Below, in pieces: positions 9,880 to 19,385 of a DNA stretch of 64,000 nucleotides. The stretch is from an uncultured delta proteobacterium. Lineage in GTDB: Bacteria; Desulfobacterota; BSN033; UBA1163. The notes under the pieces are model-generated. The model was not told the DNA's origin, made no database searches, and saw only the letters and a list, made by a program, of their open reading frames with translations. Location: the NCBI GenBank assembly GCA_963827685.1, contig CAWHBU010000005.1, positions 1-64,000 of the forward strand, read 5' to 3'. The position numbers and the translations under genes are program-made. Positions within the stretch are counted from its first letter, which is position 1; every line of letters starts with the position of its first letter.

Positions 9880-10443
9880 TCAGACAATGATGGACTTCAG
9901 GTATTTCCTGAAATAGTCGACTCCGGAGATGACGGCAATCCCCAAAGCAATCCATAGAAAAACCATCCCGATCGGACGAAAATTGAGGAAAAAATAACTT
10001 CCATTGAGGATAAGAAAAAAGATAGAAGCTGCTTCGAAAACCGTCTTATACTTTCCCGAAGCGCTCGCAGAAATAATGATATCCTGAGAAACGGCAATTC
10101 CCCTCAGCCCTGTAATGGCAATTTCCCTTCCGACTATGACAATGACCATCCAGACAGGAACCTCTCTTGCAGGGATAAGTGCAATGAGAGCAGTGACGAT
10201 CAACAGCTTGTCTGCAAGGGGATCAAGAAATTTCCCCAAGGTGGTCACCATGCCACGCCGTCTTGCGAGATACCCGTCGAACGTATCGGTAACGGCGGCT
10301 CCGAGAAAGAGCAGTGCGGTGAGGAGTTGATATCCCCGCCCCATGTAAAAAAGGAGAACGAGGATAAGGGGAATCGCTAGAATCCTGAGGATCGTCACTC
10401 CATTCGGTAGGCTCAGTATCTGTTGGCGATTGAGTTTTTCCAT
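9880..10443 (-). CDS. pgsA: CDP-diacylglycerol--glycerol-3-phosphate 3-phosphatidyltransferase
   Basis: TDTFDGYLAR...GKFLDPLADK; classic pgsA-tRNAGly-tRNACys synteny. Confidence 0.95.
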   Translation of the reverse strand: MEKLNRQQILSLPNGVTILRILAIPLILVLLFYMGRGYQLLTALLFLGAAVTDTFDGYLARRRGMVTTLGKFLDPLADKLLIVTALIALIPAREVPVWMVIVIVGREIAITGLRGIAVSQDIIISASASGKYKTVFEAASIFFLILNGSYFFLNFRPIGMVFLWIALGIAVISGVDYFRKYLKSIIV

Positions 10444-10522
10444 GAAGACTTTATATAATGGGATTTGGCATTTGGAGCAAGATATCAAAAATTTTGGGAT
10501 CTCCCGAGCGAGTCCGGGAGGA

Positions 10523-11152
10523 CTAAGGCGTATAGGATTGATAATAGCTCAACACTTTCCTGATATAATCCACTGTTTCCCGATAAGGAGGGATCGAACG
10601 TAACTCGCCGACAAGGTTCTCACCCGCATTATAGGCGGCTAAGGAGAGTCGGACATCATTATCAAAAAGGGAAAGGAGATACTTAAAATAGCGGACTCCT
10701 CCGTCAATATTTTCTCTGGGGTTAAAGATGTTCGAAACATTCAACCGAGAAGCGGTTTCCGGCATCAATTGCATCAACCCCTTCGCCCCCTTTCTTGAAA
10801 CGGCAGTAGGATTGAATCCAGACTCCGCTCGAATGATCGCTTTGATCAAGGCAAAATCCACCTGGTATTTTTTTGAAAACTCAGAAATCAGCGGGTCATA
10901 TTGATTTGAATCTCTTGCAGAGGAGCTCTCTTCATTTCCAGCATCTTCTTTACTCTCACGGATGTAGAGCTTAAATTTGGGGTCTCTCGGGCAATTGGTG
11001 AAATGGATGACCCCCCTCTCATCCACGTACCGATAGATTCCGCCCGAGGAAGGAGTGGTCACTAAAAATAAACAAAAAAATATCACTACCGAGGCGATGC
11101 AACTCATTAAATTTCGATCCTCTGGGTCAATATATTGGCAAAAAGCTACCAT
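10523..11152 (-). CDS. Lytic transglycosylase (DUF4124 + SLT domain); start uncertain
   Basis: IYRYVDERGVIHFTN; AES-FN---S-KGA-GLMQLMP; AAYNAG. Confidence 0.9.
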   Translation of the reverse strand: MVAFCQYIDPEDRNLMSCIASVVIFFCLFLVTTPSSGGIYRYVDERGVIHFTNCPRDPKFKLYIRESKEDAGNEESSSARDSNQYDPLISEFSKKYQVDFALIKAIIRAESGFNPTAVSRKGAKGLMQLMPETASRLNVSNIFNPRENIDGGVRYFKYLLSLFDNDVRLSLAAYNAGENLVGELRSIPPYRETVDYIRKVLSYYQSYTP

Positions 11153-11684
11153 AACTTGTCACTTCTGTCAACAAATTTCAATCCCCAGGTAATTCGTAAA
11201 GTTTTTCAACTTCATGAAATTAAAGGGGTTTTATAAATTTAGATTAAATTGACCTGTTTTAATCGCTGCAATCTTTATGCCGGTCAGTTGCTTTCTAAAA
11301 AGTGATTGTGGAATGGAGCTGGGTATGCTTGAACCTGAATTGCCTCTCAAGGATTCAAAAAGGTGCAGAAAACGATATCCCCCGCCAAAAGAATGAGCCT
11401 TTCTCTACGTCAACGCATTTTTACTGCACAATTTCTCTCTTCCCCCTCACAAGAATTTTCACCTTTTCCCGAAGATCATCGAGCAATGTCCACGCAACGG
11501 ATCAACAAAGAGGGTTAGCAATGTAGAGACAAACATACCCCCTAAGGTCGCCCCCCATCCCGGCGCACTTCGCCTTAATGAATCACCTCCCCTTTTTAAA
11601 TCCCCGCAAATCCGATCTTAGAAAACCTCTGAAATTCTATACTTCCCATCAAACATCGATGGGATCCTTATATATTGCAATCCA

Positions 11685-14600
11685 TCAGCCGATCTGACCT
11701 GACTCCGGAAAAGTGGCGGAATTGGGGCCCCTATCATGCGTATGCTCCGGTTGCTTCCCCTTGAACATCCGGTATATAAGGACAAAGAATAACGGGATGT
11801 AAAAGAGGTCGATGAATGTAGCGGAGAGCATCCCGCCCGTCACAGCAGTGCCAATGGCATTCATTGCGCCGGCACCCGCACCTGTTGCGATGGCCAGCGG
11901 CAGGACTCCGAAGAAGAAAGCCATCGAGGTCATGATGACCGGCCGGAATCTCACGCGTACTGCCCCAAGGGTTGCTTCCATCACTCCCTCTCCATGCGAC
12001 AGTCGTTCCCTTGCAAACTGAATAATAAGAATCGCATTTTTTGTCGTCAGACCGAGCGTGGTGAGAAACCCGATCTGGAAGTAGACGTCATTGTGCAGGC
12101 CCCGCAATGAAGTAACCAGCGTTGCACCGAATACACCCAGCGGCAACATCAGCATATTGGCGATGGGGATTGGCCAGCTCTCATACAAGGCTGCCACGCA
12201 CAGAAAGATGACGAGGATGGAAAAGACATACAGAAGAGGCGCCTGGGAACTCGACATCCGCTCCTGATAGGAAAGCCCGGTCCATTCAAAACCGATCCCC
12301 TGCGGTAACTTCGAGACCATGTCTTCCATGGCTTTCATCGCATCACCGGAACTCCTCCCCGGTGCCGGCTCTCCCCATATGTTCATAGACGGAAAACCGT
12401 TGAAACGCTCCAGCCTGGGAGAACCCGAGGTCCAGTGGTTGGAGGCAAAGGAGGAAAAGGGAACCATCTTCCCTGCGGTATTGCGTACGTAGAGCCTTTC
12501 GATGTCCCTGGGCAGCATGCGATAGGGGGCATCCGCCTGAATATATACCCTTTTCACCCGGCCGCCCTGAATGAAGTTGTTGACATAGGCGCTGCCGAAG
12601 GCCCCCGAGATGGTGTCATGGATGGAGGTAATCGGAACCCCAAGGGCGCCGGCCTTCTCCCAGTCCACGTCGACCCGGTATTCGGGTACATCTTCCATGC
12701 CGTTGGGTCGGACTTTGACCAGACGCTTATCCTGGAAAGCCATGCCAAGAAGCTGGTTGCGGGCCTCCATCAGCTTTTCGTGACCGAGTCCGCCCCGGTC
12801 GAGCAACTGGAAGTCAAACCCGGTTGCATTGCCCAGCTCGATTACCGAAGGCGGCGGGAAGGCAAAGATCTGGGCATTGCGGATCTTAGAAAAGGCCCTC
12901 CTGGCCCGTTCTGCAATGGCTTTCACCTTCAGGTCCGATCGGTCGCGGAGTTTCCAGTCTTTAAGCATGATAAATACCATGCCATTGGTCTGAGCTCTTC
13001 CCGAAAAGCCGAAACCGGTAATTGCCATACACGATTCCACCGCCTCTTTTTCATTCTCCCGGAAATAACGCTGCACTTCGTACACGATCTTCTGCGTCTG
13101 CTCCATGGTGGAGCCCGTCGGCAACATGACCTGGGCGAGGAGGATCCCCTGGTCTTCGTCGGGGACGTAGGACGTGGGCATACGAAGGAAGAGAATCCCC
13201 ACAGCAACCACGATCAAAACATAGACAATGGCGTAAGCGTAGCGCAGCAGTTTCTTCGAAAAGGAGTGTTCCACTATTTTTACATACCAGTCTCTGGTGC
13301 GGAAAAAGATGCGATCAAACCACGAAAAAAAAGGCCGTAGGAAAAAGACCGCATTTTCCGCGGGTTCATGCCCTGCGGCCACCGGTTTGAGGAGGGAAGC
13401 GCAGAGGACCGGCGTCAGGATCAATGCCACCACCACCGACAGGAGCATGGAGGCGATGATGGTCACGGAGAACTGGCGATAGATGACGCCCGTCGAGCCG
13501 CCGAAGAAGGCCATGGGGCCGAACACGGCCGAGAGCACAAGCCCGATGCCGATCAGGGCGCTCGTGATCTGTTCCATGCCTTTGCGGGTGGCCTCCCTGG
13601 GCGAAAGCCCTTCCTCGCTCATGATTCGTTCCACGTTTTCCACCACCACGATGGCGTCGTCCACCAGAAGGCCGATGGACAGCACCATGGCGAACATCGT
13701 AAGCATATTGATGGAGAAGCCGAAAAATCCCAATACCGCGAAGGTCCCCAGGAGCACTACCGGCACGGCGATGGTCGGGATCAGGGTGGCCCGGATATTC
13801 CCCATGAAAAGCCACATGACCAGGAAGACCAGCAGGATGGCCTCAAGGAGGGTCTTCAGCACCTCGCCGATGGCTACCTTGACAAAGGGGGTGGTGTCGT
13901 ACGGGTAGACGACCTTCATCCCCGGAGGGAAGTACCCGCTCATCTCCTTCATTTTCGCCTTGACCGCATCGGCCGTATCCAGGGCGTTTGCGCCGGCGGC
14001 CTGCCGGATAGCCATGCCGGCCGAGGGTTTGCCGTTGTAAAGAACATCCATGTCGTAGGAGTCTGTTCCCAGCTCCGTTCGTCCTACATCCCTGATCCGT
14101 ACGATCGAGCCGTCCGGATTGACGCGGACGGGAATGGCGGCAAACTGATCAGGGGTCTTCAGCATGCTCTGGACGATGATGGAGGCGTTCAGGCGTTGAC
14201 CTTCCACTGCCGGCGCCCCGCCGAACTGGCCGGCTGAAACCTCGACGTTGTAAGACTGAAGCGCGGCGATCACGTCATCGATCGTCAGATTATAATCGAC
14301 TAACCGGTCGGGGTTCAGCCAGATACGCATGGCATACTGGGTTCCGAATTCTTCCACCTCGCCCACGCCGGGGACCCGTGCCAGAACCTTCTCCAGGTTG
14401 GATTGGGCATAGTCCCTCAAGTCGTTGCCGTCCATGCTGCCGTCTTCCGAAATCAGGCCCACGATGATCAGATAGTTTCGGGTGGCCTTGCCGACGGTGA
14501 CACCCTGTTGCTGGACAACCACGGGCAGGCTCGCCATGGCAAGCTGGAGCTTATTCTGCACCTTTGCCCACGCAAGGTCCGGATCGGTCCCCGGGGCAAA

Positions 14601-14882
14601 GGTCAAATCGATTTCGGCATTTCCGGACGAATCGCTGGTAGCGGACAGGTAGATCATCTTGTCGAGGCCGGTCATCTTCTGCTCGATGATCTGAGTGATG
14701 CTGTTTTCCACGGTCTCTGCCGAGGCCCCGGGGTAAGAGGCCCGAATGTAGATCGACGGAGGCGCGATGGGAGGATACTGCGATATAGGCAGATTATAGA
14801 TGGCGAGGACGCCCGCCAGCATGATGATGATGGCGATGACCCAGGCGAATACGGGCCGATCCAGGAAGAATCTCGATAACAT
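11685..14882 (-). CDS. acrB: HAE1-family RND efflux permease (AcrB/MexB-like)
   Basis: MLSRFFLDRPVFAWV, GLLVDDAIVVVENVER and RFRPVIMTS motifs. Confidence 0.95.
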   Translation of the reverse strand: MLSRFFLDRPVFAWVIAIIIMLAGVLAIYNLPISQYPPIAPPSIYIRASYPGASAETVENSITQIIEQKMTGLDKMIYLSATSDSSGNAEIDLTFAPGTDPDLAWAKVQNKLQLAMASLPVVVQQQGVTVGKATRNYLIIVGLISEDGSMDGNDLRDYAQSNLEKVLARVPGVGEVEEFGTQYAMRIWLNPDRLVDYNLTIDDVIAALQSYNVEVSAGQFGGAPAVEGQRLNASIIVQSMLKTPDQFAAIPVRVNPDGSIVRIRDVGRTELGTDSYDMDVLYNGKPSAGMAIRQAAGANALDTADAVKAKMKEMSGYFPPGMKVVYPYDTTPFVKVAIGEVLKTLLEAILLVFLVMWLFMGNIRATLIPTIAVPVVLLGTFAVLGFFGFSINMLTMFAMVLSIGLLVDDAIVVVENVERIMSEEGLSPREATRKGMEQITSALIGIGLVLSAVFGPMAFFGGSTGVIYRQFSVTIIASMLLSVVVALILTPVLCASLLKPVAAGHEPAENAVFFLRPFFSWFDRIFFRTRDWYVKIVEHSFSKKLLRYAYAIVYVLIVVAVGILFLRMPTSYVPDEDQGILLAQVMLPTGSTMEQTQKIVYEVQRYFRENEKEAVESCMAITGFGFSGRAQTNGMVFIMLKDWKLRDRSDLKVKAIAERARRAFSKIRNAQIFAFPPPSVIELGNATGFDFQLLDRGGLGHEKLMEARNQLLGMAFQDKRLVKVRPNGMEDVPEYRVDVDWEKAGALGVPITSIHDTISGAFGSAYVNNFIQGGRVKRVYIQADAPYRMLPRDIERLYVRNTAGKMVPFSSFASNHWTSGSPRLERFNGFPSMNIWGEPAPGRSSGDAMKAMEDMVSKLPQGIGFEWTGLSYQERMSSSQAPLLYVFSILVIFLCVAALYESWPIPIANMLMLPLGVFGATLVTSLRGLHNDVYFQIGFLTTLGLTTKNAILIIQFARERLSHGEGVMEATLGAVRVRFRPVIMTSMAFFFGVLPLAIATGAGAGAMNAIGTAVTGGMLSATFIDLFYIPLFFVLIYRMFKGKQPEHTHDRGPNSATFPESGQIG

Positions 14883-14895
14883 CAGGTACCTCCGA

Positions 14896-16095
14896 TTAAT
14901 TTGCTTTTGCAGCCGGCTGAACCGTCTTCTCGGTCCCTGAACCATCCTTCCGACTGGCATCGAATGGGACAGCCTTTACGGAAGCCCCCGGCCGAATTCT
15001 TTGGCTCCCCTCGACAATCAGACGGTCACCCGGATTCAATCCCTCGCTGACAAGCCATCTGTCGCCTATGGCGCGAGCGACCGTGATCATCCGCTGCTCG
15101 ACCTTGCCCGAGCCGTCCACGATCAGCGCGACGGGATTCCCCTTCGGGTCGCGGGAGACCCCTTGCTGCGGGACGAGAATGGCGCGGTCAACGACGCCTT
15201 CCTGGACAACGGCACGCACATACATTCCGGGCAGAAGCGTATATTTAGGGTTTGGAAAGACCATCCGGAGGATAAACGATCCGGTGCTTGGATCAACCGT
15301 GACCTCGGAGAACTTCAGGATCCCTTCCTGCGGGTACGGTGTGCCGTCTTCAAGAAGCAGCTTCACCCGTGCCTGGTCGGGACCGGTGCCTTTGATCCGG
15401 CCGGCTGCGATGTTCCGTTTAAGCTGCAGCAGGTTGGCGCTCGACTGTGTTGCGTCTACATAAATCGGATCAAGCTGTTGGATCGTTGCGAAAGGGGAAC
15501 CCTGATATGCTGTTGCGAGAGCGCCTACAGTCACATTGGATTTGCCGATGCGACCCGATATCGGCGCCGTAATGCGCGTGTATGCCAGATTGATACGGGC
15601 GGATTCAACAGCGGCTTTCGAGTAATCGATATCGGCCTCGGCCTGTTTAAGGGCAGCGACCGCATTATCGAAATCCTGCTGGCTGATCGCTTTGACGGCA
15701 ATCAACTCCCTGTAACGCTCGGCTTTCAACCGGATGGGCGGGAGATTGGCTTCGCTCTTCGCAAGCGCAGCGACGGCATTGTCGTAGGCCGCCTGATAGG
15801 GCGCCGGATCAATCCGGTAAAGTACGCTGCCGGCTTTGACGTCGGAGCCTTCGTTGAATAGACGCTCTTGGACAATGCCATTTACCTGCGGACGAATCTC
15901 CGCGACAAAGTAGGCAGATGTCCGACCAGGCAATTCGGTGGTTAGCACGACGCGCTCGGGATTGACGGTCACAACGGCAACCTCGGGGAGGCCGGGCTTG
16001 GGAGCAGCCTGCTGCGAGCCGCAACCAGACGTTATCAGTCCCACGACAAGTACCCCCATGGCGGCAATTCGTTTGACTCTGTAATTGATTTGCAT
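14896..16095 (-). CDS. acrA: RND periplasmic adaptor lipoprotein (AcrA/MexA-like)
   Basis: Lipobox TSGC; ELPGRT, AEIRPQVNG and ITAPISGRIG motifs. Confidence 0.93.
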   Translation of the reverse strand: MQINYRVKRIAAMGVLVVGLITSGCGSQQAAPKPGLPEVAVVTVNPERVVLTTELPGRTSAYFVAEIRPQVNGIVQERLFNEGSDVKAGSVLYRIDPAPYQAAYDNAVAALAKSEANLPPIRLKAERYRELIAVKAISQQDFDNAVAALKQAEADIDYSKAAVESARINLAYTRITAPISGRIGKSNVTVGALATAYQGSPFATIQQLDPIYVDATQSSANLLQLKRNIAAGRIKGTGPDQARVKLLLEDGTPYPQEGILKFSEVTVDPSTGSFILRMVFPNPKYTLLPGMYVRAVVQEGVVDRAILVPQQGVSRDPKGNPVALIVDGSGKVEQRMITVARAIGDRWLVSEGLNPGDRLIVEGSQRIRPGASVKAVPFDASRKDGSGTEKTVQPAAKAN

Positions 16096-16129
16096 ACAAC
16101 ACCTCATAGCCGTGTGTGGAGATCTTCGA

Positions 16130-16393
16130 ATCTGTCGTTGTGCCCGTTAGGTGGTCTACTTCCAGGACCCATCCGCCCCCCGTCGCCTTGAACAGATTCA
16201 CCAGCGCCTGAAATAGGGACCCCGTTGTCTGGGCCTGGGAGAACTCGGCGTTGAATAAACTGCGCTCCGGATCCAGCAACTCGATGTAAGTCGTATAGCC
16301 GTTGTCAAAGCGCAACCGGGCAATTCGGGCGTAATTGCGGAGAGTCTCAACCGAAGGGCGCCGGTAGTTTGGACCCACCGGACATCCGAACAA
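16130..16393 (-). pseudogene. Internally deleted NodT/OprM-family outer membrane channel remnant
   Basis: N-terminal GCPVGPNYRRP fused directly to the C-terminal ARLRFDNGYTTYIELLD..ERSLFNAE...LFKATGGGW. Confidence 0.75.
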
Positions 16394-16468
16394 TTCAAGA
16401 GTTATTAGAAATAGTTGCCTCTCGCCTGCCTGCGGCAGGAAAGCTAAGCGCTTAGCGTTCTTTATTTC

Positions 16469-17788
16469 TTACGGATACATCCTCCCCATGGCTCTTTCCA
16501 ATTGGGCCTTGGCGACGTTAAAATCGCTCAATGCGCCGTAGTAGTTTGTCCTTGCCTGGGCCAGTAACGTCACGGCGTTTACGACATCGGTCTGGGTTGC
16601 CACCTGGTATTTATACCTTTCCTCGTTCATCCTTAAATTTTCCTCAGCCTGCTCAATGGACTTTTCGGCAGTGTTGATATTCTTTTCCGCCACCTGCATG
16701 TTGAGATAATCGTTCTTCACTTCCAGTGTAATGGAATCGATGGTCTGATTCTTGGTATCTTCGGCCTGGGTGACCTTAACCTTATTCTCTCCGACCTTGA
16801 ACGCCGTATTCCCCCAATTCCAAAGCGTGAATGTGGCTAAAGCCTGAACCATCCACCTGTCACTTTGTATGCCGCTATCCGTCGTCCACCAGTCAGAGGA
16901 CCGACTATAGTTACCGGTGAGGCTGATCGTCGGGAAGAATCCGCTCCTCGCAATCTTGACATTCTCCTTTGCCTGGTCGATATTCAATTGAGCGGTTTTC
17001 ACCTCTGGCCTCAAGCGCAGCGCCTCTTCAAGAGACTGCTCGAACGACAGCGGAAAGGCTTTGTGTAAAAGAATGTCTACCACCTCGAAGGGTGTATTGA
17101 CCTCTCTCCTGAGCAGTATATTGAATGAAGCCTTGGCCGTGGCCAGATCATTCGCCGCCTTAACCAGTGACTGCCTGGCATTAGCCAAATTCACCTCAGC
17201 CAGAAGCACATCATTTTTTGGAACAATTCCGACGTCAAAGAAAGCTTGTGTCACCTGGAGCTGAGCCTCAAAATTTTTGACTTGCTGCTCAGCCACTGCC
17301 AAGAACTTCTCAGCCCTTAAGATCGTGAAGTACCCCACCCGCACCTGAAGAACCAGATCCTGTTTGGCCGTCTCCAAACTCTCTTTTGAGAGATCAACTC
17401 CTAACTTCGCTGAACGATAAGTGGCCAGGTTAAACCCTCCGGTAAAAAGGGGTTGATTGACTGTGGTATTAAAATTGTAGACGTTACTGTTCACAGTTTG
17501 GATGAGCCCTGTAAGATTTCCCCCCAAGTTGCCAATAATATACGGATAGCTCCATTTGGTATAACTATATTGACCCGTCCATTGAGGGAGGAAATTGGTA
17601 ATCGCTTCCTTACGTCTGAATTCAGAACCCTCAACCCCCACCACGGCAGAATGGACAGTCAGACTCCTTTCCATGGCGATCTTGATGCTTTCCTCCAGGG
17701 TGAGAGGTGCCTGAGATTCTTGCGCCCAAACAACACCTGTAGAAACCATTGCCCACAAAATATACCCGATGAAACATTTCATTCTCAT
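16469..17788 (-). CDS. TolC-family outer membrane protein
   Basis: Signal peptide, LTLEESIKIA, duplicated OEP repeats. Confidence 0.9.
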   Translation of the reverse strand: MRMKCFIGYILWAMVSTGVVWAQESQAPLTLEESIKIAMERSLTVHSAVVGVEGSEFRRKEAITNFLPQWTGQYSYTKWSYPYIIGNLGGNLTGLIQTVNSNVYNFNTTVNQPLFTGGFNLATYRSAKLGVDLSKESLETAKQDLVLQVRVGYFTILRAEKFLAVAEQQVKNFEAQLQVTQAFFDVGIVPKNDVLLAEVNLANARQSLVKAANDLATAKASFNILLRREVNTPFEVVDILLHKAFPLSFEQSLEEALRLRPEVKTAQLNIDQAKENVKIARSGFFPTISLTGNYSRSSDWWTTDSGIQSDRWMVQALATFTLWNWGNTAFKVGENKVKVTQAEDTKNQTIDSITLEVKNDYLNMQVAEKNINTAEKSIEQAEENLRMNEERYKYQVATQTDVVNAVTLLAQARTNYYGALSDFNVAKAQLERAMGRMYP

Positions 17789-17792
17789 TGAT

Positions 17793-18429
17793 CTATCTCC
17801 TCCTTTCCATTTGCCTAACGCCACCTAAAAACATTTCCAAAACCGTATTCAACTTTGAAATGAGCGGATAAGGCTCGCGACTGATCATCCACTCGAAGAC
17901 AAAGGAATTGACAATGCCCACTAAAGCATGAGCCAAGTCCATGGGGTTCATGGATCTGAACTCTCCTCTTTCGATCCCCTGTCTCATGACCTCAGCGAGG
18001 ATGCTAATGTAGGCGACCATCTTCTCGTGGAGGCCTTTCCCCAACTCATCTTTGACTGTCCACTCAAAGCGATTCCGTTCCGAAATATAAATCCTGAAAA
18101 AATCCCGGTTCCGTTCAAAGAATTCGAACTGGAGACTCCAACACCTTTTTGATCCTCTCGACAGCAGAGGTCTTCTGCGAGAGTTCGGCTTTGACCAAAC
18201 GATTGATCTCCTCCACCTTCTCGTCGATGAGGGTGAAGTAGAGTTCCTCTTTCGATTTGAAATATTTATAGAGGGTCCCCGTCCCGAACTCTGCCTCGCG
18301 TGCAATGTCGCTCATCGTGGTGGGAAAAAATCCTTTCGCAGCAAAAACCTTTTCTGCTGCCGAGAGAATCTCTTCACGATGGGCCAAATATTCCCTCTCT
18401 TTTCTGCTTATTCTTTCCGTCTCCATCAT
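17793..18429 (-). pseudogene. TetR/AcrR regulator with one frameshift near 18135 (real or sequencing error)
   Basis: HTH (ILSAAEKVF..KGF..TTMSDIA..AEFGTGTLYKYF) in ORF 18115-18429; C-terminal domain continues in the frame of ORF 17793-18305. Confidence 0.8.
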
Positions 18430-18485
18430 TCACATACCTTTAGACGAGTGTTTAGAACATTTATTCACTATTTGAATGATAGTTC

Positions 18486-18514
18486 ATTTTATTGTAAAAA
18501 AAAAGTTCTGTCAA
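18486..18514 (-). promoter_or_regulatory. Sigma70 promoter of tetR-tolC
   Basis: TTGACA-N17-TAAAAT. Confidence 0.6.
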
Positions 18515-18652
18515 ATTAAATTTTCGGTTGAACCTCCTTCATCTTCTTCGATTCCGAATGATTCAACCACACCTTGAAGCAATTCACTCATCTCTCCTCA
18601 TTTCCTTAATTGAGGGATACTGGATCGCAATGTCTAGTTGATCTCCGCTGAC

Positions 18653-19267
18653 TTAGGATTTGGATGAAACGGAAACAACCTTTCCGCTCACCTCCAGAGT
18701 ATGAACCATAACCCCTTTTAAGGATTCAAGGATGCCCAGATAAACGGGTGAATGTTTGGGTACGCAGATTCCCTGAATCAGTCTGTCTTCATGTTCTTCG
18801 GAATAGGCATTCACAACTTCAAAAATGGACTTCCCCTCTTCTCCAATTCGTTGGCCGAGGAGTTTGTTCTCGGCAGTAATGAGATTCGGAAGGTATTCTA
18901 AAAGTCTCATGGCCTCTTGGAAGATGTCGTTCACCTCTTTGACCGCCCGATCACTGAAGAGGATATGGTTTTCAGACTTGCCCCTTAACCGATCCAAAAT
19001 TCCTTCAATATCGTAAGTCATTCGATCGAAACTGGAGGCGATGGAGAGATAAGGTTTCGCCCACCCCTTCCCTTTCTCACTCGACGGACTCTTTGAAATG
19101 ATAAAACTGGTCAGCTCTGAGGAACATTGGAAAATCCTATTCTTGACATCCTCCGCCTCTTTGAAAGATTTCCCCGTTGGCTTTCGAAATGCCTCGAAAG
19201 CCAAGTTCAACATTTTCATCAGATTTTGACAGACCGGAATCATCTTCTCTTTTATTTCTTTATCCAT
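18653..19267 (-). CDS. PhoU-like helical domain protein (like the Na/Pi cotransporter C-terminus)
   Basis: ILFSDRAVKE...HEDRLIQGIC.P..SPVYLGIL. Confidence 0.7.
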   Translation of the reverse strand: MDKEIKEKMIPVCQNLMKMLNLAFEAFRKPTGKSFKEAEDVKNRIFQCSSELTSFIISKSPSSEKGKGWAKPYLSIASSFDRMTYDIEGILDRLRGKSENHILFSDRAVKEVNDIFQEAMRLLEYLPNLITAENKLLGQRIGEEGKSIFEVVNAYSEEHEDRLIQGICVPKHSPVYLGILESLKGVMVHTLEVSGKVVSVSSKS

Positions 19268-19318
19268 CTCCCTCCTCCCTTGATGGAAAAACCACAGCTC
19301 CCAAATCAGGCGGCCACA

Positions 19319-19338
19319 CCTGCCTGCCGGTAGGCAGG
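19319..19338. repeat. 20-bp palindrome CCTGCCTGCCGGTAGGCAGG inside a GTAG-type REP; further copies at 25148, 40635, 58400 and 60561
   Basis: Near-identical copies seen directly. Confidence 0.85.
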
Positions 19339-19385
19339 GAGGGCCGCCCCTACATACGCATCCTTCCTTTTTATCAAAGTATCCA

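Noticed and set aside
12435-15861. Long plus-strand ORFs (301, 289, 286 aa) opposite acrAB
   Set aside because: Antisense shadows of GC-rich coding sequence with no recognisable motifs.
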